Origin: Methanomassiliicoccaceae archaeon
GTDB taxonomy: Archaea > Thermoplasmatota > Thermoplasmata > Methanomassiliicoccales > Methanomassiliicoccaceae
Assembly (NCBI GenBank): GCA_040776945.1
Contig: JAXGZN010000001.1
Span: 448,001-512,000, forward strand
DNA: 64,000 bases
Direction: 5' to 3'
In this document: positions 1-9,680 of the stretch, one piece after another
How positions within the stretch are numbered: position 1 is the first letter of the stretch
Layout: each line of letters begins with the position of its first letter
Made by a program: the position numbers and the translations under genes
The notes under the pieces: model-generated
The model's database searches: none
Seen by the model: the letters and a program-made list of their open reading frames with translations, nothing else
What the model was told of the DNA's origin: nothing

Positions 1-206
1 GGGCGGAGGCCACTGGGACTTTCAGCGCAGTGCAGGGAGCGGCCAACGTGGTAGGTGCGCTGTTCGGCGGGTTCGTGGCTCAGCACATGGGCTACAACGT
101 GGTCTTCGTCATATCCTCGGTCCTTCTCATCACTGGGCTGGTGCTGCTGAGCAGGATCAATACGGAAAAAGTGGTGGAAGGGGTCCCGACCCCATATGCT
201 GCCTGA
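1..206 (+). CDS. MFS transporter, C-terminal fragment (partial at window edge)
   Basis: Frame 3 reads AEATGTFSAVQGAANVVGALFGGFVAQHMGYNVVFVISSVLLITGLVLL..., typical of the last MFS helices; TGA at 204-206. Confidence 0.7.
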   Translation, partial: AEATGTFSAVQGAANVVGALFGGFVAQHMGYNVVFVISSVLLITGLVLLSRINTEKVVEGVPTPYAA

Positions 207-208
207 GC

Positions 209-640
209 TTACTTCAGCGATCCGGCAAGGTTCCTGCCGAACACGACCGCCATGCTCTCTTCGCCCGCCAGCAGCTCCTTGCCTGGACCGGTGCTGAAGT
301 AGGTCCGGGAGGCCACATCGAGGTTAGCGCCCTTCATGATGGCCGCTAGCTTCTCGGACAGCCCCGATTGTTCCCCGGCCATCCTGGTGTCGAAGAGCAC
401 CGTTCTAGCCTTGCTGTTGCCGCCGACCGCCTTCTTCGCCAGACCGGTAATCTTACGTCCCGCCAGGAACCCGTTGGACGGGCCTCCGAGGACCAAGAAG
501 TCCACGTTCGCCAGCTCCGAGGGCGAGACCGACCCGACCGCCTTGCATGCCACATCGGTCCAGCCTCCCTGCTTCAAGCCGGAGCAGATGGCCTGACCGA
601 TCTTCTCGGTATTGCCTTCATACACTACGAGTGCTTTCAC
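209..640 (-). CDS. Flavodoxin-like protein
   Basis: N-terminal KALVVY-GNTEKI and LVLGGP flavodoxin motifs; VLFDTR. Confidence 0.75.
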   Translation of the reverse strand: MKALVVYEGNTEKIGQAICSGLKQGGWTDVACKAVGSVSPSELANVDFLVLGGPSNGFLAGRKITGLAKKAVGGNSKARTVLFDTRMAGEQSGLSEKLAAIMKGANLDVASRTYFSTGPGKELLAGEESMAVVFGRNLAGSLK

Positions 641-915
641 TACCTAACCCCCTGATTCTCCTTAAGAATATTGGGGGAAAGATATACTTCTGACCCTATA
701 TGCTTTTCTACATTTCTAAGAACATAGAATGGTATCCCTGGCCATGCCAGCACCTTAATGATTCGCGATCTTATTATATTTTGATGGATAATGGGAATTC
801 GATTCGGACGTCGGCCCATCTTCTCGATGGAGGCGGTCATCGGTGGTGAAGATGCGTCCTCCTATCGGCATCCTAGGTCCGGCCCAAGACCGTAGCGCGG
901 GCCTACTTCTCCGTT

Positions 916-1836
916 TCATCTCTTTGAGGTTCCATGCTTTCGAAGCAGCGTGTCCCTCCACGTCTCTATGCTGGTGGAGGCGAGCAGAGGGTTCACCTCG
1001 AAGTAAGGGAACTCCGGCCTGTCTTGGATGGACCTTGTCAGGTCCAGAATGTCCTCGTAGTCCTGCCCGAGGAGCGTAGTGGTCGTCAAGACGGGTATGT
1101 TGGAAAAGGTGTTGAAGTAGAGGACACCAGGCGCGTGCTTTCTCATAAGCTCCCCGGCGGCCACTTCCACCCGTTCCGGCTCAAGGCTTTCCAAGTGGAA
1201 CATGCAAAGAGGATTGGACACGACATTAGGGTCGATGTCCACGGAGAATTCGATGGCCCCGGCGGAGATCAGATCGTCCAGTATCGATGTTACGTCCTTT
1301 TTGTTCTTCTTTATCCTCGCCGCTATCTCCTCTCCCGTGAGGGTATGGTCCTCGGCCAGGGCGCCTAAGATCTTCCATTCCAGCTGTCCAAGTTCAAGGG
1401 ACCCTTTCTCCTGGCCGAAGAGGTTCCGGACCCCATGGGTGGGCCGGATCATCATGGTCTCCCTCTCTAACCGAGATATGCGCTCCCCGATGTCGTCCTC
1501 GCTCTTCAAGTGCAGGGCGAAGTAGAAGCGCCCGGAGGTCGAGTGGGCGGCCCACCCAACTCTATCGTCCTCTCGGACGGCCCTAAGCCCGTCGGGAAGA
1601 GAGCGCAGCCTGCTCCTTCCCCAGACCAACACGCTGCGGATCCCCATGGACACGAGGGAGGGCTTGGCTGTGAACTTTCGTATGAATCCTGCCTGGACCA
1701 TCTCTTTGATCCTGGCTCTGATGTTCTCCTGCTCCAGGCCGGTGATCTCCTCGAGCTGTCCCAGGGAGACACGTGAATCGCGTGATAAGATCTGGAACAG
1801 GGAGACATCCACCTGGTCCAGCTTTCCGTCCTTCAT
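916..1836 (-). CDS. Lrp/AsnC-family transcriptional regulator with two HTH repeats
   Basis: LDQVDVSLFQILSRDSRVSL...RIKEMVQAGFIRKF and a second repeat LEWKILGALAED...ILDDLISAGAI. Confidence 0.8.
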   Translation of the reverse strand: MKDGKLDQVDVSLFQILSRDSRVSLGQLEEITGLEQENIRARIKEMVQAGFIRKFTAKPSLVSMGIRSVLVWGRSRLRSLPDGLRAVREDDRVGWAAHSTSGRFYFALHLKSEDDIGERISRLERETMMIRPTHGVRNLFGQEKGSLELGQLEWKILGALAEDHTLTGEEIAARIKKNKKDVTSILDDLISAGAIEFSVDIDPNVVSNPLCMFHLESLEPERVEVAAGELMRKHAPGVLYFNTFSNIPVLTTTTLLGQDYEDILDLTRSIQDRPEFPYFEVNPLLASTSIETWRDTLLRKHGTSKR

Positions 1837-1982
1837 GCACCGTCATGGCCATAGGAAGGCTATTAGGCTTTATGCGAACGGGACGGTCCATCCCAACGCT
1901 GCTTTGTCGATCGCGGAAAAAGGTTGCCTGTCGATCGGGCAAGGTTAAGAACGTGGTCATCAAGCCTTGGTCAAGATTTGAT

Positions 1983-2012
1983 AAAGTGCAGGGGAAGGGA
2001 TTTGAACCCCCG
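1983..2012 (-). repeat. Partial att site: 30-bp copy of the tRNA-Leu 3' end
   Basis: aaagtgcaggggaagggatttgaacccccg identical to 2658-2687 and 16315-16344, followed by degenerate similarity. Confidence 0.9.
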
Positions 2013-2091
2013 GATTGCAAAGGAGATACGATGTCAATCATGTCTCCGCTTCGAAAATGAATTAATAATTATTGAAGCGTTAACGCAACAC

Positions 2092-2547
2092 ATGGCTTCC
2101 TGTCCTGTATGCAAGGAAGAGGGGATAGTGGTAGAGAAGATCACTGTGGCGAACCACGTAAAAGAATCATGTTGGCCACTTGGTGAAGAGGTGTTCCATT
2201 TCTGTGATAACCCTGACTGCGAGGTCATCTATTTCACCGCCTCAGGCAACAGGGTCATAAAAAAGACCGGTGTGAAGACCAGGGTCACCTTCAAGGTAAA
2301 GGACTCCCCGAGGCCACTGTGCTATTGCAAGCAGGTCACTGAAGAAGACGTGATCGACGCCATAAGGAACGGTGCCAAGACCTTCGAGGAGGTAAAGTTG
2401 GTTACAGGCATAGGTGGCGGGGGCCAATGCAAGGTGACTAATCCATCGGGCCGATGCTGTTCTAGGAATTATCGGCCGTTCATAGAGAGGGAGCTAAAGA
2501 AAAGGGGCTACGGCCAACCAAGCGACATCAACATAGTCTTCCAATAG
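2092..2547 (+). CDS. CopZ-N-like Zn-binding / BFD-like [2Fe-2S] metallochaperone
   Basis: CPVC, FCDNPDCEVIYF, PLCYCKQVT, CKVTNPSGRCC motifs; ATG at 2092 chosen because the longer ORF crosses the att remnant. Confidence 0.8.
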   Translation: MASCPVCKEEGIVVEKITVANHVKESCWPLGEEVFHFCDNPDCEVIYFTASGNRVIKKTGVKTRVTFKVKDSPRPLCYCKQVTEEDVIDAIRNGAKTFEEVKLVTGIGGGGQCKVTNPSGRCCSRNYRPFIERELKKRGYGQPSDINIVFQ

Positions 2548-2555
2548 TTTTTTTT
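2548..2555 (+). terminator. Archaeal oligo-T terminator
   Basis: T8 run immediately after the stop codon. Confidence 0.55.
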
Positions 2556-2657
2556 CACAAATGGTCTAAAATGGGGGAGGAAAGAAGCCCTTCCCCTTTT
2601 ACTTCGAAGGCATTAGAATCAAACCGTGATCTATGATCGGCTTTGAATAATTGAAGG

Positions 2658-2714
2658 AAAGTGCAGGGGAAGGGATTTGAACCCCCGAACCACTAAGGAT
2701 AAGACCCTGAATCT
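2658..2714 (-). repeat. att site (distal copy): 57-bp duplication of the tRNA-Leu 3' part
   Basis: Exact direct repeat of 16315-16371. Confidence 0.97.
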
Positions 2715-2752
2715 ACTTTTGCTGGACAGTAGTAGATAACTGCTTTTTTACC

Positions 2753-2777
2753 TAAATACCCTTGTGCATCCTTGTGC
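2753..2777 (-). promoter_or_regulatory. Putative outward-facing TATA box plus CCTTGTGC direct repeats (possible integrase arm sites)
   Basis: Minus strand reads CACAAGGGTATTTAGG; CCTTGTGC at 2760-2767 and 2770-2777. Confidence 0.4.
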
Positions 2778-2895
2778 CCGAGATTTCGCTTCGCTCACTA
2801 TCTCATTGAGGATTTTCCAACTATTGTGAACATGCTTAGTTTGCTCGGTTAAGGCATAACTAAACAATTATCGTATCGAACGGAATATCTCACGT

Positions 2896-4295
2896 ATGCC
2901 CAAGATTGATATATCGGAAGGGTTCAGAGTTCAGGGCGAATGGTGGCTCCCTGGAAAAATCAGTAACTCTGTTCCAGGCTCACTATCATATGATAAACAA
3001 TCGGGTTTAGAACTATTATTAAACGGGACGTTCGACGGGTCCATATTTCAGGATGATTCTCGGCAGGAGATAATCCATGGAAATTCGGAGAATGGCATTG
3101 TCACACTTTTCAAATGTGGGAGAGGCTCCAACAACACAAATATCACCAGTGTAAGTAGCGGAACATTTGCTCTAATTAAGACGAAATTCAAACCGAGAAT
3201 GGCTTTTTTTGGAGCTCATTTTTTACGAGAAGAAGATATGGAATTCAAAGGGGCAACTGTTAATTTACAATATATGAGAGAATGGACTGGGAAATCGGGC
3301 TTCGTCACCAACACTCCTCCTTCACTTGAGGAAGCATCAATAAAATATGTCACCCTAAAAGATGTTATTGCATCTTACAATGAGAATACAATAAAGATAG
3401 GATTACGTTACAATAAAAATCTGAACTGGGATGAGGAATCGATAAGACAAACTGCCTTCGTTGATTTTTCGTTCGCAACTGATCTAGATATTTGGGGTCT
3501 AATTTCACATATCAAACGGTTTAGAGATTTGATCAGCCTCGGTATAAAGAGAAGAACCACACCTCTCAGCATAGAAGTTGAGCTAAAAAACCCAGCGTCC
3601 ATTGAAAGCAAGTCGAATGGGATTGAGTTGATCTTCCCACCGCTTAATGCCCAAACAGGAAAAGATAAGCTTACGCCAGCGGACATGATGTTTTGGCTTC
3701 ACGATTTAGAGGCTAATCTAGGCAGCTATCTTACTAATTGGTATGGCGATGAATCCAAACTACAGCCTGCAATGATCTCTATTTCGGCTCCTTATATAAT
3801 CCTGATTTATACGATTACAACAAATTTCTAAATCTAATCCAAGCGATTGAATCATACCATAGGAAAAACTATGGTGGGACTGGGCTACCAGTGGAAGAAT
3901 ATAATAAGCTGACAACTATGCTAATAGCAGTGGCCCCAGGCGAGTATAAAGAGTTTTTGAAAGATTTTTTTAAGTATGAAAATGAGGTCAGTTTAAGGAA
4001 ACGGTTAAAAGAAATATATAAGATGCACAAATCCGCAGTAGAACCTTTTATTCCAGATAGGGATGAGTTTATTGGGCTTACGCTCGATACACGCAATTAT
4101 CTGACGCACTACGGCAAAGACCTTGAGGAAAAGGCAGCAAAGGGTGCGGAATTGTTCTTCCTCACGACTAGGCTTGAACTCGTTATTGAAATAATATTCT
4201 TATCTGAAATTGGATTCGTTGATGAGGATATAAAAAATGTACTTGATAGACATTGGCTATATCTTCGGCTCAAAAAAGCAGATGCACCTGGATGA
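2896..4295 (+). pseudogene. ApeA-like HEPN protein (N-terminal domain + HEPN), frameshifted near 3770-3776
   Basis: GEWWLP...VPGSLSY N-terminus; after the shift the frame reads DLYFGSLYNPDLYDYNKFLNLIQAIESYHR and continues to RNYLTHY (RxxxxH). Confidence 0.8.
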
Positions 4296-4516
4296 ATGCT
4301 CCCTATTGGGAGGCAATAATATTCATGAGCGTTTATGGTACGACTCCTTTGATAATCAAAATCCATCTAGTTCTCGGGGATTCAATGTTGTAGGTATTAC
4401 TATACCCCTATACGTCATCTGTCCACAGATGAAGATTCGGTGAGATTGTGCCTGACGTGAGAGAGGATTTGCGGGGATGAGAGCGATTACGAAGGGGAGC
4501 TGAGAATATCTTTTAA

Positions 4517-5683
4517 TTAACTGACAGACGCCTCCTGATTATCCTTTTTTATCAATATTTCCGATATCGTGACATCCGAATCAGCTTCTTTACAAATCAG
4601 TTTGAAAATGCCATTTTTTGTCTTACCACTTACAAATTGTGTTGTGATCTTTGCTTCTATCTTTAATTGGATGGAGCCATCAACTATTCGGGGGTTGTAC
4701 CTTATGTCGGTGACACCAAAAAATGGCTCAATTCCTTTCAGGGCATATTCATCGGGATTGAAATCAACCAGAGTTGTTGTTAACTCCCATTTTATCATGC
4801 CGCCCTTAATTGGTTTTCTTTGTTCAGCTGAGTTCCTTTCAATATTCAATAAGTAATGAATTGCCGTAATGTATGCTTGCACTAGATGTGGCGTAAAGTC
4901 AGCTACATTATCAGCAATATCGGCTAAACTTCTTCTCCCATGCAGGATATCATTTCTCAGGTCGTTCAGTTTCCAGTATAAATTCCTCTTTTCGGGAAAC
5001 TGTGTTTCAATAAATTTTTCTAATCCCCAGTTCTTTTGAGGCGGCTGTAGTCCTTCATCGCAATGGGGGCAGATGTTTAATTCCTTATGACAACTTGGGC
5101 ACTTCTGGAATTTTAATGAGGGGTTAATTTTCTTAAAAAGTAGGGGCTCTAATGTTTCTAGGGCAGTCCAATAGCTAGTAAATGCCACATATCTGTCTTT
5201 TTCGGGAATGCCCATTTTAAACCATTTAAATGATCTTTGGATTCGATCTTTCTCATCCAGGTTATATGGATTCTCACCTAGTGCTATTCTTTGGAGGTAT
5301 CCTGGTTGTAATTGGCCTCTAGAAATATTCACACCAATAAGGTTGTCAATCATTTGCATGAACTCTCTTTCTTCAATTCCAGGCGTGACGTCATACGCAA
5401 TCCATAATGATGGATAATGTAGCCCTACTCCTGAAATAAATGAAAAATTCTCAGTAAGATCCTCAACTATTTCTGTCGATTTTTTTACAGCTTCATGAAG
5501 ATTATCAGATTCTCTTGTAATAACAAACCTTAGGCCCACTGGCACTAGTACTTCTTCAATATTCCTAATTATCTGAAATACCTCCACTTTTGAATTCTTT
5601 CCACTCGTCATAACAAATCTATCAAACTTTTCTTCAAATCGAACTCCTGGCATAAGGTTAAAGATGACCCTATAAACGCTCAT
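4517..5683 (-). CDS. MauJ-like / HEPN-domain protein with Zn-ribbon insertion
   Basis: AFTSYWTALETL and LRNDILHG (RxxxxH) motifs; CPSC...CPHC. Confidence 0.7.
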   Translation of the reverse strand: MSVYRVIFNLMPGVRFEEKFDRFVMTSGKNSKVEVFQIIRNIEEVLVPVGLRFVITRESDNLHEAVKKSTEIVEDLTENFSFISGVGLHYPSLWIAYDVTPGIEEREFMQMIDNLIGVNISRGQLQPGYLQRIALGENPYNLDEKDRIQRSFKWFKMGIPEKDRYVAFTSYWTALETLEPLLFKKINPSLKFQKCPSCHKELNICPHCDEGLQPPQKNWGLEKFIETQFPEKRNLYWKLNDLRNDILHGRRSLADIADNVADFTPHLVQAYITAIHYLLNIERNSAEQRKPIKGGMIKWELTTTLVDFNPDEYALKGIEPFFGVTDIRYNPRIVDGSIQLKIEAKITTQFVSGKTKNGIFKLICKEADSDVTISEILIKKDNQEASVS

Positions 5684-5820
5684 ACCTTCCCCCAATTTTG
5701 AATGTATATCAAGTTACAAATAGATTTTCTAACCACATTCGCAACTCTTCCATTTCTATCTCGAGGTCTGTGGTAGAATCAGTTACATTCCTTTTTAGAT
5801 GATAAAGCGATACAATTCCA

Positions 5821-6362
5821 ATGGTAATTATGGAGTATCCTAAGTGGATTTGTTATCCAAGATGCATCGAACATCCAGAATGGGTAGAAGACGTTGCAGC
5901 GATTTTTAGAAAGCATAAATCCACAATCTGCTCCATAAACAATCATTGTAAGAGCGATGAAGTGTTGGAAATAATCAGGCAGGATTTGGAGAGCGTTGGA
6001 TTCCTCGTTGAAGGTGGGAATGGGACTAGCACGATAAAACGCCCAGTTTTTTTGGTGAGTATGGAGAGCCAGAATTGCAGTACCAAATCGATTCCTATAA
6101 TCCGATAAAGAAGATTGGATTGGAGGTCGAGGCAGGCCGTTCGAAATTGGGCAACGCCCTCTACCGAGATATCATACAAACTGCACTCTTGGTTGGGGTC
6201 GACTACTTCGTTGTGGCGGTTCCACAGAAGTATAGATACCTCTCGAGTGGGAAGCAGTTCGAGGAGAGTATATACCTAATATGCAAATCGATCCTCGATG
6301 CCATTTACGGAACAACAAGGTTTCCACTACCGTTTAGGAATACTGTCCTGATAAGCTACTAA
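5821..6362 (+). pseudogene. PD-(D/E)xK restriction-endonuclease-like nuclease, frameshifted at the T7 run 6047-6053
   Basis: Adding one T joins the two ORFs: KRPVFFGEYGEPELQYQIDSY...IGLEVEAGR...LYRDIIQ...VDYFVVAVP. Confidence 0.7.
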
Positions 6363-6365
6363 ATT

Positions 6366-8522
6366 CTAATCTATAGTTCCAATCTCTTCCTTATTTAATT
6401 TTGAGGTGGGGATAATTACCCACTTGGTCATACCTTCCCCATTTACTTTTGGTCTCTTCTCGGTTGTCCAATTTCCTACACCAAAGATATCATTCAGGGC
6501 CCTTGGTACTAGGCTATGTGCAATGTTATCCCTTTCTTTATCGTTGATTAGATCTGGCAAATCCGCTTTCAAGTGCAATTTTATACCATACCATGTCTGA
6601 CCCTTCGCTTTTAGGTTAGTTATGTATTCTAGGTCATTTTTCAAGGATAAAATTGCTGCAGAGGAGTAAGCTTCAAGATAATCCATTCCTGGTTCAGCTT
6701 TTTCAGGTAGATCGTTCTCTTCGACTTGTATAACTTGTTCAGAGCTCGTTTCAATTTCGACCTTTATTGCTTGTGGTATCTTTTCAGCAGCTACCCCAAA
6801 CTTTTTCTTTAATTCCAGAGCATATGTTTTGCCTTCCTTTTTGTCATATTTTGAATCTATGGGCTTATACAATTCCTCAAAGGACAGGATTCTGATAGGT
6901 ATTGGATAACTCTTGCCACCAGCACTGCTCCAGAACACACCATTGCCTACGATCGGCTCATTTAACAAGGCGGAGAGTATGTCATCAGAGAAGTGAGCAT
7001 TTGCCCTCTTCAAAGATTGCAGATCATTAGCCGATAGGAGGTGGAATACAAACCAATTATCTCCTTGGCTTAGTATCTGTCCATCAATGCTACCGGGCTG
7101 CTGAGTAATTAGTATCGCACCGAGATCGTACTTGCGTCCTTCCTTGACCCAAGCAACGTAGGGTTTTGTTGCCCCATAGTTACCTAATACCGATTGTGCC
7201 TCTTCGATGACGGCAATAGTTGGAATGGTTGCTGGATTCGCCTCAGTGAATTGTTGCTGATTGAAATCGAATATCTTTTGTAAAATCATCCCCGAAAGCA
7301 CCAGAGATATCTCGCCCCTTAGCTGCGAAATATCGATGATACATAGCTTTCCGTCCTTCAATGAATTCAGAAGCATGTCTAGCATCTGACTGCTGGGATC
7401 GTGGAGCATACGCACGATTTTGGTCATATTTGCCCGTGCTGCGACCATCTCTGCTGTTTGATCCTCTTTTAGATGAAGCAACTCCAACATTGTCTCTTCA
7501 TCCGCCATGTTTTCGCTCTTATGAATTAAATCTACAAGCTTTCTCCAGTTCTCATCGTTCAGATTTTTTAACTTTGTGACGTTTTGCTGCTCTTGCTTCT
7601 CTGGAGGCAGAGCGATGGAGATTACGTCTGAAGCCTTGAGCCGTCTAATATCGAATCTAATGGAGCTGGCAACAAATGATTGGTAAAATTTGCTAGGGCT
7701 CTTTTTGCTCGAAAAAATTACAACTTTATCCTCGAGCTCCGGTACATCACAAAGGCCTGGTCGCCCCTTGTCATCAGGCCAATAGTATTCTCCATCTGGA
7801 TCGAAAATTATCGTACCGACAGGTACCTTGGTACCCCCTCTTTTCTCCACTGTTGGGGTTTCTTTGTAAAGGCTGCTGAACAGTAATTTGTTGAGGTTTG
7901 ATTTACCAAACCCTGCTCTGGCAAAAACAAAAGATCTTCTGGATACCAGGTTTTTTATCGGAAATTTTGACACGACAGCTGGATTTAGTATTCTCATCCA
8001 GTTTTCGATTTTACATCTTTTATCGTTACCAGCATAGATGAACTCCCCCAGGCCGAAAAATCCTATATCTGCCCCGTCGATGTTGTGCCCAGCCACCTCT
8101 TTGAGGAGCTCATCCGACAAAAAGGCTACTTTACTCCCAACATGGGGTAACCGTCTATGGGAAGCCGCAAAGACAACCTCCCCGTCGTTTACCCTCAGAA
8201 CGCCTAACACTCGTATCTCAACACAATATTTCAGGTATTGTTCACGCAAGTCCTCTGGTATAGATCGATCGTCAGCTACTGCCCTGATGCCGTAGTCTTC
8301 GCCAGATCCAGAAGTTAGTCTGCCTTCAGCTGATATTGACGCAATGCGACCAAGCACTCCCTCTTCCTCACTCTCTAGTTGAATTAGGACAAATTGACCA
8401 TGCATTGGAGCTGTTTGAAAGCTGTTCTTGTATGGCAGTATTATTTCGGCATGAAACTCTAAACCGCCTTGTTTAAATCCCCTGAATATCCCCACAATAT
8501 TCTCTTTTTCAAACAATTTCAT
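6366..8522 (-). CDS. HerA-like (DUF87) ATPase/helicase
   Basis: N-terminal HAS-barrel-like region, Walker A ARAGFGKS, IIFDPDGEY, Walker B VIEEAQ, KEGRKY...ITQQP. Confidence 0.9.
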   Translation of the reverse strand: MKLFEKENIVGIFRGFKQGGLEFHAEIILPYKNSFQTAPMHGQFVLIQLESEEEGVLGRIASISAEGRLTSGSGEDYGIRAVADDRSIPEDLREQYLKYCVEIRVLGVLRVNDGEVVFAASHRRLPHVGSKVAFLSDELLKEVAGHNIDGADIGFFGLGEFIYAGNDKRCKIENWMRILNPAVVSKFPIKNLVSRRSFVFARAGFGKSNLNKLLFSSLYKETPTVEKRGGTKVPVGTIIFDPDGEYYWPDDKGRPGLCDVPELEDKVVIFSSKKSPSKFYQSFVASSIRFDIRRLKASDVISIALPPEKQEQQNVTKLKNLNDENWRKLVDLIHKSENMADEETMLELLHLKEDQTAEMVAARANMTKIVRMLHDPSSQMLDMLLNSLKDGKLCIIDISQLRGEISLVLSGMILQKIFDFNQQQFTEANPATIPTIAVIEEAQSVLGNYGATKPYVAWVKEGRKYDLGAILITQQPGSIDGQILSQGDNWFVFHLLSANDLQSLKRANAHFSDDILSALLNEPIVGNGVFWSSAGGKSYPIPIRILSFEELYKPIDSKYDKKEGKTYALELKKKFGVAAEKIPQAIKVEIETSSEQVIQVEENDLPEKAEPGMDYLEAYSSAAILSLKNDLEYITNLKAKGQTWYGIKLHLKADLPDLINDKERDNIAHSLVPRALNDIFGVGNWTTEKRPKVNGEGMTKWVIIPTSKLNKEEIGTID

Positions 8523-9676
8523 TCGTATCGCCTCTGTGAAAGATCTGTGTAAAACCGAATGGAGTCGACTGCCCTCCCCTTGTTAGCTGGAAGCATTTTG
8601 ATAACCGAGTTGAAAATTTGGTCCTGAAATATTTCAAGGTCAAAATCAACTATCTGTGCATGCTCATGGGCTTTTTGTAGGCATAATGGGTAAAATGGTA
8701 CAGGGAATCCATTTATAGCGTCATTTAGCAGATACCCAAAGATTTCTTGGGCATGTTGTTTTTGTTCCGAAAATACATCGACAGCCCATACAGGATCTCC
8801 AGATCGTTTCCCAAAACGGACAAGGAACATATCCCCAGCAACAAACTTCGGAGCCTCAGTGTCCTCCCCCTCCACCTCACGGCCCTTGGCGTACTCTTCC
8901 CAAATGTAAGCTTTAGCTTCCAGATTGCGTGGAATAGGAACATACCAAGGTTCTCCACCGGGGAAGATGTCCTCTATACCCATTGCAAGGCGGTACCTGT
9001 CTATAACCTTGGAGTGCTTAGCTACCCCTACTAAAAACACTTTCCTTCTATCTTCTTTGTATATTTTTTGAATTGCATTTTCAATGTTCTTTCGTACTGT
9101 GATGAAGAGATCCTTCGAAAATAGTTTACATCTCAGCTGGCCATCCCTTACCACTAAGGTGTTCGTGGCAAATGAATCATAAACAATCCTCTCATATAAG
9201 ACGGCCCATTCGCACAGGTCCCGGTAAACCAGGACCCATCCTGGTTTTACTGAGTCGGGTTTGTTCCGTATCTTCTCCCCATAAGGAATCATGCCACTTA
9301 GCTCGTGTAATGTGTCCACCCCTAGATCCCTCATCATTTTTCCGAGGGCGGTTTTTGGGGTGCCGTCATCGCCAAATTGCCGCCTACTCAATTCATCAGT
9401 ATCTGTCGACGGCGAAACTACATCCAGACATAGATTCTTACCGTACGAATCGGTAACCCTTACTAGTTGCATAAAGAAAGGATCAAAAGCGAGTTTGTTA
9501 TTGCCACCATCACTAGCTACCAAGGAGACGGCAGTCACAGAGCGTGGCTGAATCTTCTTTACTTCAGGTTTTACCTGTCTGATTTCGGCACATATCTCAT
9601 CCAGTAGACGAATATCTGCCTTCGCTCGCTCCGTTATCATATCCCTAAGTTCAACTAAAGTGTCCGTATCCAACAT
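8519..9676 (-). CDS. NurA-like nuclease
   Basis: VASDGG, VVRDGQL, LVGVAKHS and GFPVPFYPLCLQKAHEHA motifs; ATGA overlap with the HerA gene. Confidence 0.8.
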   Translation of the reverse strand: MLDTDTLVELRDMITERAKADIRLLDEICAEIRQVKPEVKKIQPRSVTAVSLVASDGGNNKLAFDPFFMQLVRVTDSYGKNLCLDVVSPSTDTDELSRRQFGDDGTPKTALGKMMRDLGVDTLHELSGMIPYGEKIRNKPDSVKPGWVLVYRDLCEWAVLYERIVYDSFATNTLVVRDGQLRCKLFSKDLFITVRKNIENAIQKIYKEDRRKVFLVGVAKHSKVIDRYRLAMGIEDIFPGGEPWYVPIPRNLEAKAYIWEEYAKGREVEGEDTEAPKFVAGDMFLVRFGKRSGDPVWAVDVFSEQKQHAQEIFGYLLNDAINGFPVPFYPLCLQKAHEHAQIVDFDLEIFQDQIFNSVIKMLPANKGRAVDSIRFYTDLSQRRYE

Positions 9677-9680
9677 TGAA

